Part shown: in pieces, positions 1-9,818 of the stretch
Position numbering within the stretch: position 1 is the stretch's first letter
How the letters are laid out: the number at the start of each line of letters is the position of its first letter
NCBI GenBank assembly: GCA_964291495.2
Contig: OZ219871.1
Coordinates: forward strand, 960,001 to 1,024,000
Reading direction: 5' to 3'
DNA length: 64,000 nt
Origin: Dehalococcoidia bacterium
Lineage (GTDB): Bacteria; Chloroflexota; Dehalococcoidia; UBA2979
Translations under genes and position numbers: made by a program
Notes under the pieces: model-generated
The model's input: only the letters and a program-made list of their open reading frames with translations
What the model was told of the DNA's origin: nothing
The model's database searches: none

Positions 1-971
1 CCGTGCGCCACCACGCGGCGGGTCGCCTCGGAGGTCCACGCCTTCGCCATGTTCACGGCCATCTGCGTGTCCTCCTGGTCCGTGTTAATGGACCAGGCGG
101 CCTTGTACATGATGAAGCGCGAGCCATCGACGTCCGTGACCATGTCCGCGCACTTGTGCTGGATCGCCTGGAACGAGCCGATCGGGCGGCCGAACTGCAC
201 GCGCTCCTTGGCGTAATCCACCGAGATCTCGAAGTCCATCTGCGCCAGGCCCACCAGGTAAGCGCACTCGGCGACCGCGTAGCGCTGCATCACGGGCTGC
301 AGCGACCCCCAGCCACCGCCGTCCTCACCGAGGAGCTGGCCCTTCGCGCCGTCGAGGATCACCTCGCATTGCTTGTCGCGCGCGATCGTCAGCAGCTGGT
401 TGACCGTCACGCCCGGCTGGTCCGTCGCCACGATCGCCAGCGTCACCCCGTTGCCCGAGCGCGCCGCGACGACCATGTAGTCGGCGACGTTGGCGTCCGG
501 CACGAACAGCTTCGTGCCCGTGATCGTCACCTCGTTGCCGTCGACGGTCGCCGCGGCCTCGATGCCCTGCTCGTCGAAGCGGGCGGAGGGCTCGGTCTGG
601 GCGAGCGTGAAGATCAGGTCGCCGGAGGCGATGCTCGGCAGGAACTCCTGCTTCTGCTCCTCGGAGCCGGCCACCATCAGCGGCACCGCGCCGCCGAGGA
701 CGGAGGACATGAACGGACCCGGCACGAGCGCGCGCCCGAACTCCTCGAGCAGCACGCAGAAGTCGAGGAAGTCGAAGCCGACGCCGCCGTACTCCTCGGG
801 GATGAGCAGGCCCTGCCAGCCCTGCTCGGCCATCTTCGACCAGAGCTCGGGCGAGTAGCCGCGCTCGTCCTCTTCCATGTCGCGCACGAGCTGCTCGGGG
901 CACTCGTTCTCGAGGAAGTCACGCGCCGCGTTCTTGAGCAGTTCCTGCTGCTCCGTGAAGCCCAGGTCCAT
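1..971 (-). CDS. Acyl-CoA dehydrogenase, 3' end outside window; probable partner subunit of a heteromeric ACAD
   Basis: Not in ORF track; translated by hand from ATG 971 (RBS GGAGG): MDLGFTEQQELLKNAARDFLE...IPEEYGG...AQTEP...GTKLFV...YAKERVQFGRPIGSFQAIQHKCADM. Confidence 0.9.
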   Translation of the reverse strand, partial: MDLGFTEQQELLKNAARDFLENECPEQLVRDMEEDERGYSPELWSKMAEQGWQGLLIPEEYGGVGFDFLDFCVLLEEFGRALVPGPFMSSVLGGAVPLMVAGSEEQKQEFLPSIASGDLIFTLAQTEPSARFDEQGIEAAATVDGNEVTITGTKLFVPDANVADYMVVAARSGNGVTLAIVATDQPGVTVNQLLTIARDKQCEVILDGAKGQLLGEDGGGWGSLQPVMQRYAVAECAYLVGLAQMDFEISVDYAKERVQFGRPIGSFQAIQHKCADMVTDVDGSRFIMYKAAWSINTDQEDTQMAVNMAKAWTSEATRRVVAH

Positions 972-1083
972 GTCGTCCTCCCTTTGCCCGCGCGCCTCCC
1001 GGCGCTCGGGCCGCGGCGTGCCGCCGGCTTTTTTCCTCTACGGTTTCTCCCGGTGTCCCGGGTGTCCGTGTTCTCCGTTGTCG

Positions 1084-2310
1084 CTAGCCGCGCGGCAGGC
1101 CGAGCCCGCGCGTGGCGATGATGTTGCGCTGAATCTCCGAGCTGCCACCCGCGATCGTCGAGGGGATCGCGCGCACGTAGCCGTGCGTGAACTGCGAGCG
1201 CATCGGCGCGTACGCCGAGTCCTTGCCCCAGACGTTCCCGTACAGCCCCAGCGTCTTCGTGCCCGTGCGCATCACCCGCTGGTGCGTCTCCGTGCCGAAC
1301 ATCTTGCCCGTCGAGGCCTCGTAGTTCGGCACCACGCCCGAGGCCTGCATCGAGGCGATGCGCATCCCGAAGTTGCGCGCCACGTCGCACTCGATGTAGC
1401 GGTCCGCGACCTCCGCCCGCAGCGTCGGCAGGTCGCCGGTCCGCGAGCACACGGCGCCCTCGTCGCTCCCGATGTATTCGATCAGCTCTTCGACCAGCGT
1501 GCGGTCGAGGATCGCGCTGTCGATGTTGGAGCGCTCGTAGTCGAGCAGCGTCATGCCGACGTACCAGCCGCGGTTCTCCTCGCCGAGGCGGTTGGAGACG
1601 GGGGCGCGCACGTCCTCGAAGAAGGTCTCGTTGAAGTGGTGGTTGAAGGTCATGTCGATCAGCGGGCGCACCTGCACGCCGGCCTCGTGGATGTCGTCGA
1701 TGATGATCAGCGAGATGCCGCGGTGCTTCGGCGCGTCCGGGTCGGTGCGCACCAGGATGTACATGTTGTCGGCGTTGTGCGCGTTGCTGGTCCAGATTTT
1801 CTGGCCGTTGATCACGTACTCGTCACCGTCGCGCCGGGCGCGCGTCTGCAGCGAGGCGAGGTCCGAGCCGGCGCCCGGCTCGGAGTAGCCCTGGCACCAT
1901 GCCGTGTCTCCCTCGAGGATGCCGGTCAGGTACTTCTCCTTCTGCTGCTCGTTGCCGTGCACGATCACCGTCGGGCCGATCTGCGTGACGCCCTGGCCGC
2001 CCACGGCGGGCGCCCCGGCCTCCGCCATCTCCTGCTTGAAGATGAACTGCTCCCAGACGGAGAGGCCGGCGCCGCCGTACTCGACGGGCCAGTTGGGCGC
2101 GACCCAGCCGTTCTCGGCGAGCGACCGCGCCCAATCGCGGGCCGCGCCGCTCTCCTCCGGATCGTCGCTCGCGCGATTCGCCTGCCAGCCGCCGTCGAGG
2201 CCGCTGCGATTGGCGTGCGCATCGCGATAGAAGTCGGGGAGTCGTTCGCCGACGAAGTCGCGGACCTGCGCGCGGAATGATGCCTGCTCGGCGGAGTCGC
2301 CCCAGTCCAT
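1084..2310 (-). CDS. Acyl-CoA dehydrogenase
   Basis: MDWGDSAEQ start after GGAGG; [39 protein letters not shown] motifs. Confidence 0.93.
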   Translation of the reverse strand: MDWGDSAEQASFRAQVRDFVGERLPDFYRDAHANRSGLDGGWQANRASDDPEESGAARDWARSLAENGWVAPNWPVEYGGAGLSVWEQFIFKQEMAEAGAPAVGGQGVTQIGPTVIVHGNEQQKEKYLTGILEGDTAWCQGYSEPGAGSDLASLQTRARRDGDEYVINGQKIWTSNAHNADNMYILVRTDPDAPKHRGISLIIIDDIHEAGVQVRPLIDMTFNHHFNETFFEDVRAPVSNRLGEENRGWYVGMTLLDYERSNIDSAILDRTLVEELIEYIGSDEGAVCSRTGDLPTLRAEVADRYIECDVARNFGMRIASMQASGVVPNYEASTGKMFGTETHQRVMRTGTKTLGLYGNVWGKDSAYAPMRSQFTHGYVRAIPSTIAGGSSEIQRNIIATRGLGLPRG

Positions 2311-2608
2311 GCTCGCCTCCTGCCTCGTCGCCCGCGCACTTGCTCCGCAACCGGCCCCGCGGCCAGACGCGCTGGCCGGATCGAGCGAGGCTGACGGAGC
2401 CGCGAACGACATACCGAGCCGCCGCTCGCTCGGCGGCGCGATTATGGATTTCGCCGGATCAGGCGTCAACCGCGCCAGCGCGGCCTCGCGCGCGGGGTTC
2501 GGACACGGATGTACCAAACGCGCATCGCCACTATCATTCGCCGACCGGCGATTCGGGGCAGCGCGCACGCACCGCGAGGACGCGCCCCCTGCGGGTGGGG
2601 ACCGCGGC

Positions 2609-3910
2609 TTGAGTCAGACCTCCGGGACGCGGTGGCGGCTGCTGCTCGCGTCCACGCTGATCGCGGGCGCGCTGCTTGCGTTGGCCCCCCTCGCAACGCC
2701 CGCCGGGGCTCAGACCCGGTCGTTCGCCGAGATGTGCGACGAGCTGCAGGCCACGGCCGCGGGCTTCGAGGGAAGGGTCGCCTTCGTCGTCCACGACCTG
2801 ACCGAGGGCACGCGCTGCGAACGCAGTCCCGACGAGGTCTACACCACCGCCTCGCTCTACAAGCTGATCGTGCTCGCCGAGGCGCACCGGCAACGGGAGG
2901 CGGAGACGTTCTCATTCAGCGAGGACATCGTGGGGCTCCGCGCCGACGAAGCGATCCGCAGCATGATCCAGGGGTCCACCAACGAAACGGCCCGCGGGCT
3001 GCTCGAACGCCTCGGGTTCGAGAACGTCGAGGCGCTCCCGGCGGCGCTGGGCATGAACGACACGGTCATCCGCGGAGAGAACTACACGACCACCGCCGCA
3101 GACATCGCGCACTTCTTCGATCAACTGGAGGCGGAGCGCCTGATCAGCCCCGAGGCGGACCGGGCGATGCTGCGGCTGCTGCTGGGACAGCGCATCCGCG
3201 ATCGGATTCCGGTGCTGCTCCCGCCCACCGTCGCGATCGCGCACAAGACGGGGCGCCTCGACCGCTTCGCCCACGACGCGGGCATCGTCTACGCACCCGG
3301 CGGCGCGTACGTGCTGGTGCTGCTGACCGAGGGCGCGCCGTACCAGAACTGGCTCCCGGGCCACGAGGTGATCCGCCAGCTGGCGGCGCTCTCCTACGCG
3401 GCTTACGGCCAGCTGCCAACGCCAACGCCCGAGGCGACTCCGACGCCCGAGCCGACGTCGACGCCCGAGCCAACTCCGACGCCAACCCCCGAGCTCACCC
3501 CGACCGCCGCGCCCACGCCAACCGAGACCCCCTCGCCCACTCCGACGGCGACGCCCGAGTCGACTCCGACGGCGACAGCGGAACCGACGCCCACGCCCAC
3601 GCCAACTCTGACGCCAACTGCGACGGCGGAGCCAACGCCGGCGGAGACAGCCACGCCCGCGGCGGCTGCGGCCGCCGCGCCCTCGCCGACCGCCACCTCC
3701 GAGGCGCCGACGGCCGCCGCGGCGCCTCGGCAGGAGGGCGGTCCGGACGCGCCGATCGCTTCCACGAGCGAAGCCGCCGAGCGTGAATTCGGATTCCCGC
3801 AAATCGGCTTGCTGCTGCTCGCCGTCGTGCTCGCGATCTGGTCGCTGGAGTTGCTGGTCCCGCAGTGGCGGCGGGATGCAACCGCCCCGGAGGAGCACGA
3901 GGGCGACTGA
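2609..3910 (+). CDS. Class A beta-lactamase-like serine hydrolase with signal peptide, Pro/Thr stalk and C-terminal TM anchor
   Basis: SxxK (ASLYK), SxN (STN), HKTG; hydrophobic N-terminus and C-terminal helix; start (TTG 2609) uncertain. Confidence 0.8.
   Translation: MSQTSGTRWRLLLASTLIAGALLALAPLATPAGAQTRSFAEMCDELQATAAGFEGRVAFVVHDLTEGTRCERSPDEVYTTASLYKLIVLAEAHRQREAETFSFSEDIVGLRADEAIRSMIQGSTNETARGLLERLGFENVEALPAALGMNDTVIRGENYTTTAADIAHFFDQLEAERLISPEADRAMLRLLLGQRIRDRIPVLLPPTVAIAHKTGRLDRFAHDAGIVYAPGGAYVLVLLTEGAPYQNWLPGHEVIRQLAALSYAAYGQLPTPTPEATPTPEPTSTPEPTPTPTPELTPTAAPTPTETPSPTPTATPESTPTATAEPTPTPTPTLTPTATAEPTPAETATPAAAAAAAPSPTATSEAPTAAAAPRQEGGPDAPIASTSEAAEREFGFPQIGLLLLAVVLAIWSLELLVPQWRRDATAPEEHEGD
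3415..3700 (+). repeat. Coding Pro/Thr low-complexity repeat (TPEPTPT-type)
   Basis: Degenerate acgccc/ccgacg tandem units; boundaries approximate. Confidence 0.8.
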
Positions 3911-3917
3911 TCGCCGC

Positions 3918-4718
3918 CTACGGCTCCTCCAGCACGGGCGGCTCACCGATGATCACGCCCGTCGAGAGATCGAGCGGCGGCAGCGAGTCGTCCTCCAGGT
4001 CGGCGAGATCGACGACGTTGCCCGCCTCGATCTCGCGCTCGATCTCGCCCAGGCGCTCCTCACGGCGCTCACGCGCCTCCTCGGTCAGCTCCAGCTCCTC
4101 GGCGATGCGGTCGGCCAGCACGTTCGAGGGCGACTCGAAGTCCTTCGGCAGGCGCGCCTCGATCGCGGCGTCCAGCGCGGCGTACTCGTAGCCGCCGAGG
4201 AAGTGCAGCGGGCGCGTCTCCTCCGGGCCGAGCAGCCAGCGCTCGCCGAAGGAGCGCTCGTCCACATGCACCGCCACCGCAAGGGCGATGCACAGCTCGT
4301 GGTCGCCGAAGGGCAGCACCTCCTCCAGCTCGCACTCCACCCAGGCCACGCAGCCCTTGAGCAGGGGCGCGTCGATGTGCGTGGCGGTGAACGTCTCCAG
4401 CTGCGTCGCGTCGAACTTGTCCAGCTCCTCGCCGCTGTAGGAGCCGAGGTACTGGACCAGGTGCAGCAGCGGGCGCGCAGGGATGTTGAGCGCGAACTGC
4501 TCCGAGGCGCGGATCAGCTCCAGCGAGTGGCGCGACTGGTGCAGCGCGACGCCGACCAGCGGCGGCTCCGCCGAGAGCGGCGTGTGCCAAGCCACCGGCA
4601 GCACGTTGTCCGCGCCTCGATCGTGCGTGGTGACGAGCGCAACCGGCCCGCCGAGCAGGATGCGGGCGGCCACCGTCGCGGGACGGCGCTCGACGCCGTC
4701 GGGGGGATGTTCGATCAC
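3918..4718 (-). CDS. Flavin reductase-like family protein with acidic C-terminal extension
   Basis: GPVALVTT, NVLPVAW, SAEPPLVGV, FALNIP, ECEL..GDHELC, PLHFLGG. Confidence 0.85.
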   Translation of the reverse strand: MIEHPPDGVERRPATVAARILLGGPVALVTTHDRGADNVLPVAWHTPLSAEPPLVGVALHQSRHSLELIRASEQFALNIPARPLLHLVQYLGSYSGEELDKFDATQLETFTATHIDAPLLKGCVAWVECELEEVLPFGDHELCIALAVAVHVDERSFGERWLLGPEETRPLHFLGGYEYAALDAAIEARLPKDFESPSNVLADRIAEELELTEEARERREERLGEIEREIEAGNVVDLADLEDDSLPPLDLSTGVIIGEPPVLEEP

Positions 4719-4724
4719 GCCCGG

Positions 4725-4730
4725 AGTATA
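4725..4730 (-). promoter_or_regulatory. -10 box TATACT of a probable leaderless transcript
   Basis: TATACT lies 6 nt upstream of the GTG start at 4718, with no RBS. Confidence 0.55.
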
Positions 4731-4746
4731 GGAGGGTGCGCGGCCG

Positions 4747-5868
4747 CTACGCGCCGTCGAGCACGGCGATCAGCGCTTCCTCGAGCTCCGCTTCCGGCGC
4801 GAACGCCTCGAAGCGCCCGGCCACCAGGCCGTCCGCGCCGACGATGAATGTCCACTCCGGCGTGTGCAGGCCCCACTGGCGCAGCAGCGGCGTCTCGATC
4901 GCCACGCCCAGGCCCATCGTGCGGATCTCCTCCGGGTTCTCGTAGAGATCGACGTGGATGAAGTTCGCGCGATCGCCGTGGCGCTCGCGCAGCGCGGTCA
5001 GGATCTCGGCCTGGGGCCCGCACAGCGCGTTCGTGCAGAAGCCCGGGCTGGCGAAGACGATCACGAACGGGCGCCCCGCCTCCAGCGCCTCGGCGACCGT
5101 CAGCTCGTAGAGCGCGGGGTCCGGCTCGGCGCCGGTGGAGAGCTGGTAGACGGACTCCACGTCGTCCAGCGTGCGGTTGAGGCTCGCGGGCGCCGGGTCG
5201 CCCACGTCCGGCGCGAGCGTGCGCGCCGCCACCTCGGCGGGGAAGCTCAGCACGGCGAGCGAGCCGTCGGGGCGGGGCAGGCTCACCTCGATCATCCACT
5301 CGCCGGCCTGATCGAACTCGAGCTCGCCGACGTAGAGCCCGCGAATGCCCTCGGGAAAGTCGAAGTAGCGCGCGATCGCGGTCACCGCCTCGCCGCCGCC
5401 GAGGCTCGCCGAGATCGAGACGACCGGCAGCCGCACGATGCCCTCGCTGTCGCTCAGCACGAAGGCGATGCGCTGCGGCCCGAGGCCGAGGTCCGGTGTG
5501 CCGAAGACCAGGATCAGGCCGGACGCCTCGTCCTCGTACTGCGGGTAGCTGGCCTCGAAGCCATCGCCGAACACGGAGGTGCGCTCCTCCGGCGTCGCCT
5601 CGGCGGCCGCCGTCGGCGTGGCCGTCGCGTCGCCCGCCGAGGTCGCCGCGGCTGTCGCGGTCGGCGTTGCCGCCGCGTCGTCCGACGAGGTCGCTGCGGC
5701 CGTCGCGGTCGCCGTCGCCGCGGGAGCGGCGGTGGCGGGCGCTGCCGGGTCGTCCGTCCCGCCGTCGCCGCAGGCGAGGGCGAGCGTGCCCGCGACAAGC
5801 GCGGCGAGCGCCAGCGACGCCCGGGCGCGCGTTCGTCCGCTGAGTGCCTGGCGGATCCGCATGATCAC
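4747..5868 (-). CDS. Lipoprotein with Ala/Thr linker and C-terminal thioredoxin-like domain
   Basis: Lipobox LALAC; FASPGFCTNALCGP (CxxxxC), FIHVD, TPEWTFIVG; GTGA overlap with upstream gene. Confidence 0.75.
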   Translation of the reverse strand: MIMRIRQALSGRTRARASLALAALVAGTLALACGDGGTDDPAAPATAAPAATATATAAATSSDDAAATPTATAAATSAGDATATPTAAAEATPEERTSVFGDGFEASYPQYEDEASGLILVFGTPDLGLGPQRIAFVLSDSEGIVRLPVVSISASLGGGEAVTAIARYFDFPEGIRGLYVGELEFDQAGEWMIEVSLPRPDGSLAVLSFPAEVAARTLAPDVGDPAPASLNRTLDDVESVYQLSTGAEPDPALYELTVAEALEAGRPFVIVFASPGFCTNALCGPQAEILTALRERHGDRANFIHVDLYENPEEIRTMGLGVAIETPLLRQWGLHTPEWTFIVGADGLVAGRFEAFAPEAELEEALIAVLDGA

Positions 5869-7382
5869 GCCCCTTCCAGGTAGCTGCCGAACGTGAAGGC
5901 AAAGATCGCGAAGTTGTCGGAGTTCGAGGCGAGCTTGAGCTCGTGCTGCCCGAAGGCCGGCAGCTCGACGATCTCGTAGTGGCGAGACTCGGAGACGCGG
6001 ATGAGGCTCCGCTGCTCATCGTCCCAGACGATGTCCGAGCCGGCCTGCTCGCGGGTGAGCGGTTGGCCGTCGATCTCGATATAGACCTCGAACGGCTCGT
6101 CCCTGGGCGGGCTGATCACCACGTTGACGCTGCGCGCGCGGAAGATGAAAACGAAGTAGTCCTCGAGGTTCTCCGTCTCGCGCGCGTGTACCAACGCCTC
6201 GAGCTCGTTGCGCCAGAGGCCCTGCACGTACCACTTGTGGTTCTCGCGCTCCGCGGTCGGCGTGTTGTCTTCGTACAGCACCTCCCGGTTCGCACCGAGG
6301 TAGTACTCATCCTGTCCGGCGGAATGCCAATCGGTGTTGCTCGACGAGTTGCGCGTCCAACCGGCCCACATCTCACGGGTCTGGTCCCGGCGGGCCGAAT
6401 CGCGCCGCGGCTCCGGGATGCCGATCGAGATGTCGGAGACGTCGTGGCCGGCCTCGGTGAGGGCCTTGCGGATCGCGCGCTCGGTCTCCGTGTAGCGGCC
6501 TTCCCCGATGTTGGCCCAGACCACCTCGCCGGTCTTGTCGAAGAGGAACTTCGACGGCCAGAAGCGGTTGTTGAACGCTCGCCAGGTCCTCGAGTTGTTG
6601 TCCTGCGCCACCGGCCAGGCCACGTCGAGCCGCTCGATCGCCGCGGCGACGTTCTCCGCGGACTCCTCGAAGCGGAACTCGGGCCGGTGCACGCCGAGGA
6701 TCACGAGCCCTCGATCGGCGTACTTCTCGTGCCAGCTGCGCAGGTAGGGCAGCGTGCGCACGCAGTTGATGCAGCTGTACGTCCAGAAGTCGATCAGCAC
6801 GACGTTGCCGGCCTCGAGCTGCTCCTGGATCGTGAACGGCTCCGAGTTGAACCACATCCCGAGGCCCACCACCTCGTACTCCGGCACGATGCGCGGCCCT
6901 TCGGGCGTCGGCTCGGGCGTCGCGGTCGGGGTCGGCTCTGGCGTCGCCGTCGGGGTCGGCTCGGGCGTCGCGGTCGGGGTCGGTTCGGGCGTCGCCGTCG
7001 GTGTCGGCTCGGGCGTTGCCGTCGGCGTCGGCTCAGGAGTTGGCGTCGGAGTCGGCTCGGGCGTGGCCGTCGGCGTGGGCTCGGGCGTCGCGGTCGGCGT
7101 CGGCTCTGGCGTCGGGGTCGGGGTGGGCTCGGGCGTCGCGGTTGGCGTGGGCTCCGGCGTCGCGGTCGGTGTCGGCTCCGGCGTCGCAGTCGGGGGCGGC
7201 TCGGGGGTCGCAGTCGCGACCACGGCCGAGGGCGTCGCCGTGGCGGTCGGAGTCGGGGCGCCCTCGTCGGCGTCGTCGCAGCCCGCCAGCAGCAGCGCCG
7301 CCACGAGGGCCACAAGGGTCACGAGGACCGCGCGGCGAGCGGCGAGCGGGATCTGCCGGACCGGATGCGCTGTGAGCGTCAC
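5865..7382 (-). CDS. DipZ-like redoxin lipoprotein (thioredoxin plus C-terminal beta domain) with long TPEP stalk
   Basis: Lipobox LAGC; VLIDFWTYSCINCVRTLP, GVHRPEF, NRFWP, FAFTFG. Confidence 0.85.
   Translation of the reverse strand: MTLTAHPVRQIPLAARRAVLVTLVALVAALLLAGCDDADEGAPTPTATATPSAVVATATPEPPPTATPEPTPTATPEPTPTATPEPTPTPTPEPTPTATPEPTPTATPEPTPTPTPEPTPTATPEPTPTATPEPTPTATPEPTPTATPEPTPTATPEPTPEGPRIVPEYEVVGLGMWFNSEPFTIQEQLEAGNVVLIDFWTYSCINCVRTLPYLRSWHEKYADRGLVILGVHRPEFRFEESAENVAAAIERLDVAWPVAQDNNSRTWRAFNNRFWPSKFLFDKTGEVVWANIGEGRYTETERAIRKALTEAGHDVSDISIGIPEPRRDSARRDQTREMWAGWTRNSSSNTDWHSAGQDEYYLGANREVLYEDNTPTAERENHKWYVQGLWRNELEALVHARETENLEDYFVFIFRARSVNVVISPPRDEPFEVYIEIDGQPLTREQAGSDIVWDDEQRSLIRVSESRHYEIVELPAFGQHELKLASNSDNFAIFAFTFGSYLEGA
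6900..7215 (-). repeat. 24-bp coding tandem repeat (PTPTATPE), about a dozen copies
   Basis: Repeated gtcggctcgggcgtcgcggtcggg-like units. Confidence 0.9.
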
Positions 7383-7486
7383 GCGACACCTCCACGAACC
7401 CCCGCGTCTCGCAGAGACGGCCCGTTAAGGATACGGCTTGCAACCCCTAGCGGCGCTCCCGCGAGCGCTGCTACGAGGGCAGGAGA

Positions 7487-7543
7487 CTACTCAGACGGCG
7501 GCCCAGAGGGGGCGACGGCGGCAAGCGCCCGGTCGAAGGTCAT
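7487..7543 (-). pseudogene. Probable VapC/PIN toxin remnant (MTFDRALAAVAPSGPPSE*)
   Basis: ATG overlaps antitoxin TGA; TFDRAL resembles the C-terminal T-x-D motif of PIN toxins. Confidence 0.55.
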
Positions 7544-7815
7544 GATCCGATCGCGCCTCGCCGCCGCGACTCCTCGATTACGCGCAGGTGGTCTTCCCAG
7601 TCCGGCTCGCGGTCGGGACCGGGCAGGGCGTCGCACTCCCGGAAGAACGCCGCGAGCTCCTCCGGCGACTCGAAGCGAGCGGCGCCCTCGCGTAGTTCGA
7701 GCCGGGCGCGGGCGGCCGCCCGCAACCACGCGCTGAGCGTCAATCCCTCAAGGCGCGCCTGTCGGACGAAGCGGTCCCGTTCTTCGTCCCGGATCGTGAA
7801 CTGCACTCTCGGCAT
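7540..7815 (-). CDS. Putative ribbon-helix-helix antitoxin
   Basis: MPRVQFTIRDEERDRFVRQARLEGLTLSAWLRAAA...EPDWEDHLRVIEESR. Confidence 0.7.
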   Translation of the reverse strand: MPRVQFTIRDEERDRFVRQARLEGLTLSAWLRAAARARLELREGAARFESPEELAAFFRECDALPGPDREPDWEDHLRVIEESRRRGAIGS

Positions 7816-7890
7816 CACCGCGCCTCTTCGGGTCACAGATGCGCTCAGAGAGAGATCGTACACGCGCTCCAGCCTCAAGCGCCGGTCCGG

Positions 7891-9081
7891 TCACGCCCCC
7901 TCGAGGTAGCTCCCGAACGTGAGCGCGAAGATCGCGAAGTTGTCCGAGTTTGAAAGCAGCTTCAGCTCGTGCTCGCCCCACGCCGGCAGCTCGACGATCG
8001 CGTAGTGGCGCGGTTCGTCGACGCGGATCAGGCTGCGCCCCTCCGCATCGAAGACCACGTCCGCGCCGGCCTCCTCCGGCCGCAGCGGCCGGCCATCGAT
8101 CTCGATGTAGACCTCGAATGGCTCGTCGCGAGGCGGGTTGAGCACCACGTTGACGCTGCGCGCGCGGAAGACGAAGGCGAAGTAGTCCTCCAGTTGTTCC
8201 GTTTCGCGCGCGTGGACGATCGCCTCGCGCTCGTTGCGCCAGAGGCCGTGGACGTACCAGCGATGGTGCATCCGCGGCTCCTCGGAGGTGTCGATGTCGG
8301 TGTAGAGCCGCTCCTCGTCGGGGCCGTCGTAGTACTGAACCTGGGCGGCATAGATGCCCACGCGGGTGTAGTTGCGGGCGTAGCCGCCGTAGAGCTCGCG
8401 GGTCTGGTCGCGCGCCTCGGGGTCGCGCTCCGGCTCGGGCTCCGGCAGGCCGGGGCTGATGCCGGTCACGTCGTGGCCGGCCGCGATCAGGGCGGCGCGG
8501 ATGATGCGCTCGGTCTCCTCGTACTCGCCCTCGCCGAAGTGGCGGTAGAGGATCTCGCCACGGGCGCCGAACAGATACTTGGCCGGCCAGTAGCGATTCT
8601 CGAACTCGCGCCAGGTCGCGAAGGCGTTGTCCTGCGCCACCGGCCAGGAGACACCCAGCCGCTCGATCGCCTCGGCGACGTTCTCCGCGTCGTACTCGAA
8701 GTCGAACTCCGGGGTGTGCACGCCGAGGATCACGAGCCCCCGCTCGGCGTACTTCTCGTGCCAGTCGCGCAGGTACGGCAGCGTGCGCACGCAGTTGATG
8801 CACGTGTAGGTCCAGAAGTCGATGAGCACGACGTTGCCGGCCTCGAGCTGCTCCGCGATCGTGAACGGCTCCGAGTTGAACCACGTGCCGAGGCCCGTGA
8901 GCTCGTGGTCCGGCACCACGGTCGGCCGGGGGGTTGGCTCTGCCGTGCGCGGGGTGGTGGACTCGGCGCCGGGTTGGGCGGCATCGCCAGCGTCGTCGGA
9001 GCCGGCGCACGCGGCGGCAGCGAGCAGCAGCACGAGCAGCGCGAGGCCGGCGAGGAGGCGGCTGCGCGGGGCGGAGCGCAC
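7891..9081 (-). CDS. Second DipZ-like redoxin lipoprotein, short linker
   Basis: Lipobox AAAC; VLIDFWTYTCINCVRTLP, GVHTPEF; same C-terminus TFGSYLEGA as 5865..7382. Confidence 0.87.
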   Translation of the reverse strand: MRSAPRSRLLAGLALLVLLLAAAACAGSDDAGDAAQPGAESTTPRTAEPTPRPTVVPDHELTGLGTWFNSEPFTIAEQLEAGNVVLIDFWTYTCINCVRTLPYLRDWHEKYAERGLVILGVHTPEFDFEYDAENVAEAIERLGVSWPVAQDNAFATWREFENRYWPAKYLFGARGEILYRHFGEGEYEETERIIRAALIAAGHDVTGISPGLPEPEPERDPEARDQTRELYGGYARNYTRVGIYAAQVQYYDGPDEERLYTDIDTSEEPRMHHRWYVHGLWRNEREAIVHARETEQLEDYFAFVFRARSVNVVLNPPRDEPFEVYIEIDGRPLRPEEAGADVVFDAEGRSLIRVDEPRHYAIVELPAWGEHELKLLSNSDNFAIFALTFGSYLEGA

Positions 9082-9096
9082 GACGCCCTCGAGGCG

Positions 9097-9306
9097 CTAG
9101 CGGGCGATGGGGCGGCGGTCGCGGACCTGGTAGGGCAGGAACTCGGCGTGGCAGCGGTGGCAGACGAAGCCCATCGCCTTCGAGTCGTCGTCCATCACCT
9201 CGGGGCCGCGCCAGCGCGGGGTGAGATTCTCGCAAGCGCAGTCCGCCGGGTCGGGGACGTTGCCGGACGGCTCGGGTGTCTTCAAGAGCCTGCCGAGGCC
9301 TGCCAT
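9097..9306 (-). CDS. Small putative zinc-binding protein, 69 aa
   Basis: ATG 9306 with GGAGGTG RBS; CAC...CHRCH. Confidence 0.55.
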   Translation of the reverse strand: MAGLGRLLKTPEPSGNVPDPADCACENLTPRWRGPEVMDDDSKAMGFVCHRCHAEFLPYQVRDRRPIAR

Positions 9307-9388
9307 CGCCTGCACCTCCCGCTCGCCCGTCCAGCCTAGCCCGCGCGTCCGCTGGACGCGACCGGGGGGCGCGGGCCGAGATGCACTG

Positions 9389-9814
9389 TCACGCAATCGC
9401 GTCGCCCGCGCTGGCGAATGGGTTGAGCACGGGGACGCCCGTTGGTTCGAAGTGCCTCGTGTTGCGCGTGACCATGGTCAGTCCGTGTTCCAGGGCAGTC
9501 GCCGCGATCATCAGGTCCGGGCCGTCGTGGCCGAGGTCGGCCGAGAGCCGTCCCCAGCGGCGCGCGGTGGCGGTATCGACTGCCAGCACCCTGTCCCCGT
9601 ACCAGGTCACGATCCGGTCCAGCCAGTCCGCCAGATCCTCCGCGAAGTCCGGGTCGCGCCTCCGCTGCCGGGCGATCCCGCGCTCGATCTCGCCCACGGT
9701 CACCACACTCAGGTGCAGATCAGCGGTCCGTTGCGCCTCCAGCCAGCGGCTCGCAGCCGGGTGCCGCTCCTGACGTCGCAACGCCGAGAGTACGTCCGTG
9801 TCCAGCAAGAACAT
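9389..9814 (-). CDS. vapC: VapC family PIN toxin
   Basis: MFLLDTDVLS, VTVGEI, DLMIAATA, VTRNTRHF. Confidence 0.9.
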   Translation of the reverse strand: MFLLDTDVLSALRRQERHPAASRWLEAQRTADLHLSVVTVGEIERGIARQRRRDPDFAEDLADWLDRIVTWYGDRVLAVDTATARRWGRLSADLGHDGPDLMIAATALEHGLTMVTRNTRHFEPTGVPVLNPFASAGDAIA

Positions 9815-9818
9815 CACG

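Noticed and set aside
1010-1035. GC hairpin plus T-run as a terminator
   Set aside because: The T-run is on the plus strand while flanking genes are on the minus strand, and the stem is imperfect.
2609-3910. Bona fide antibiotic-resistance beta-lactamase
   Set aside because: No clear omega-loop motif, and the tethered architecture argues against it.
6900-7215. Repeat array as CRISPR or ncRNA
   Set aside because: Synonymous-site variation shows it is a coding Pro/Thr linker.
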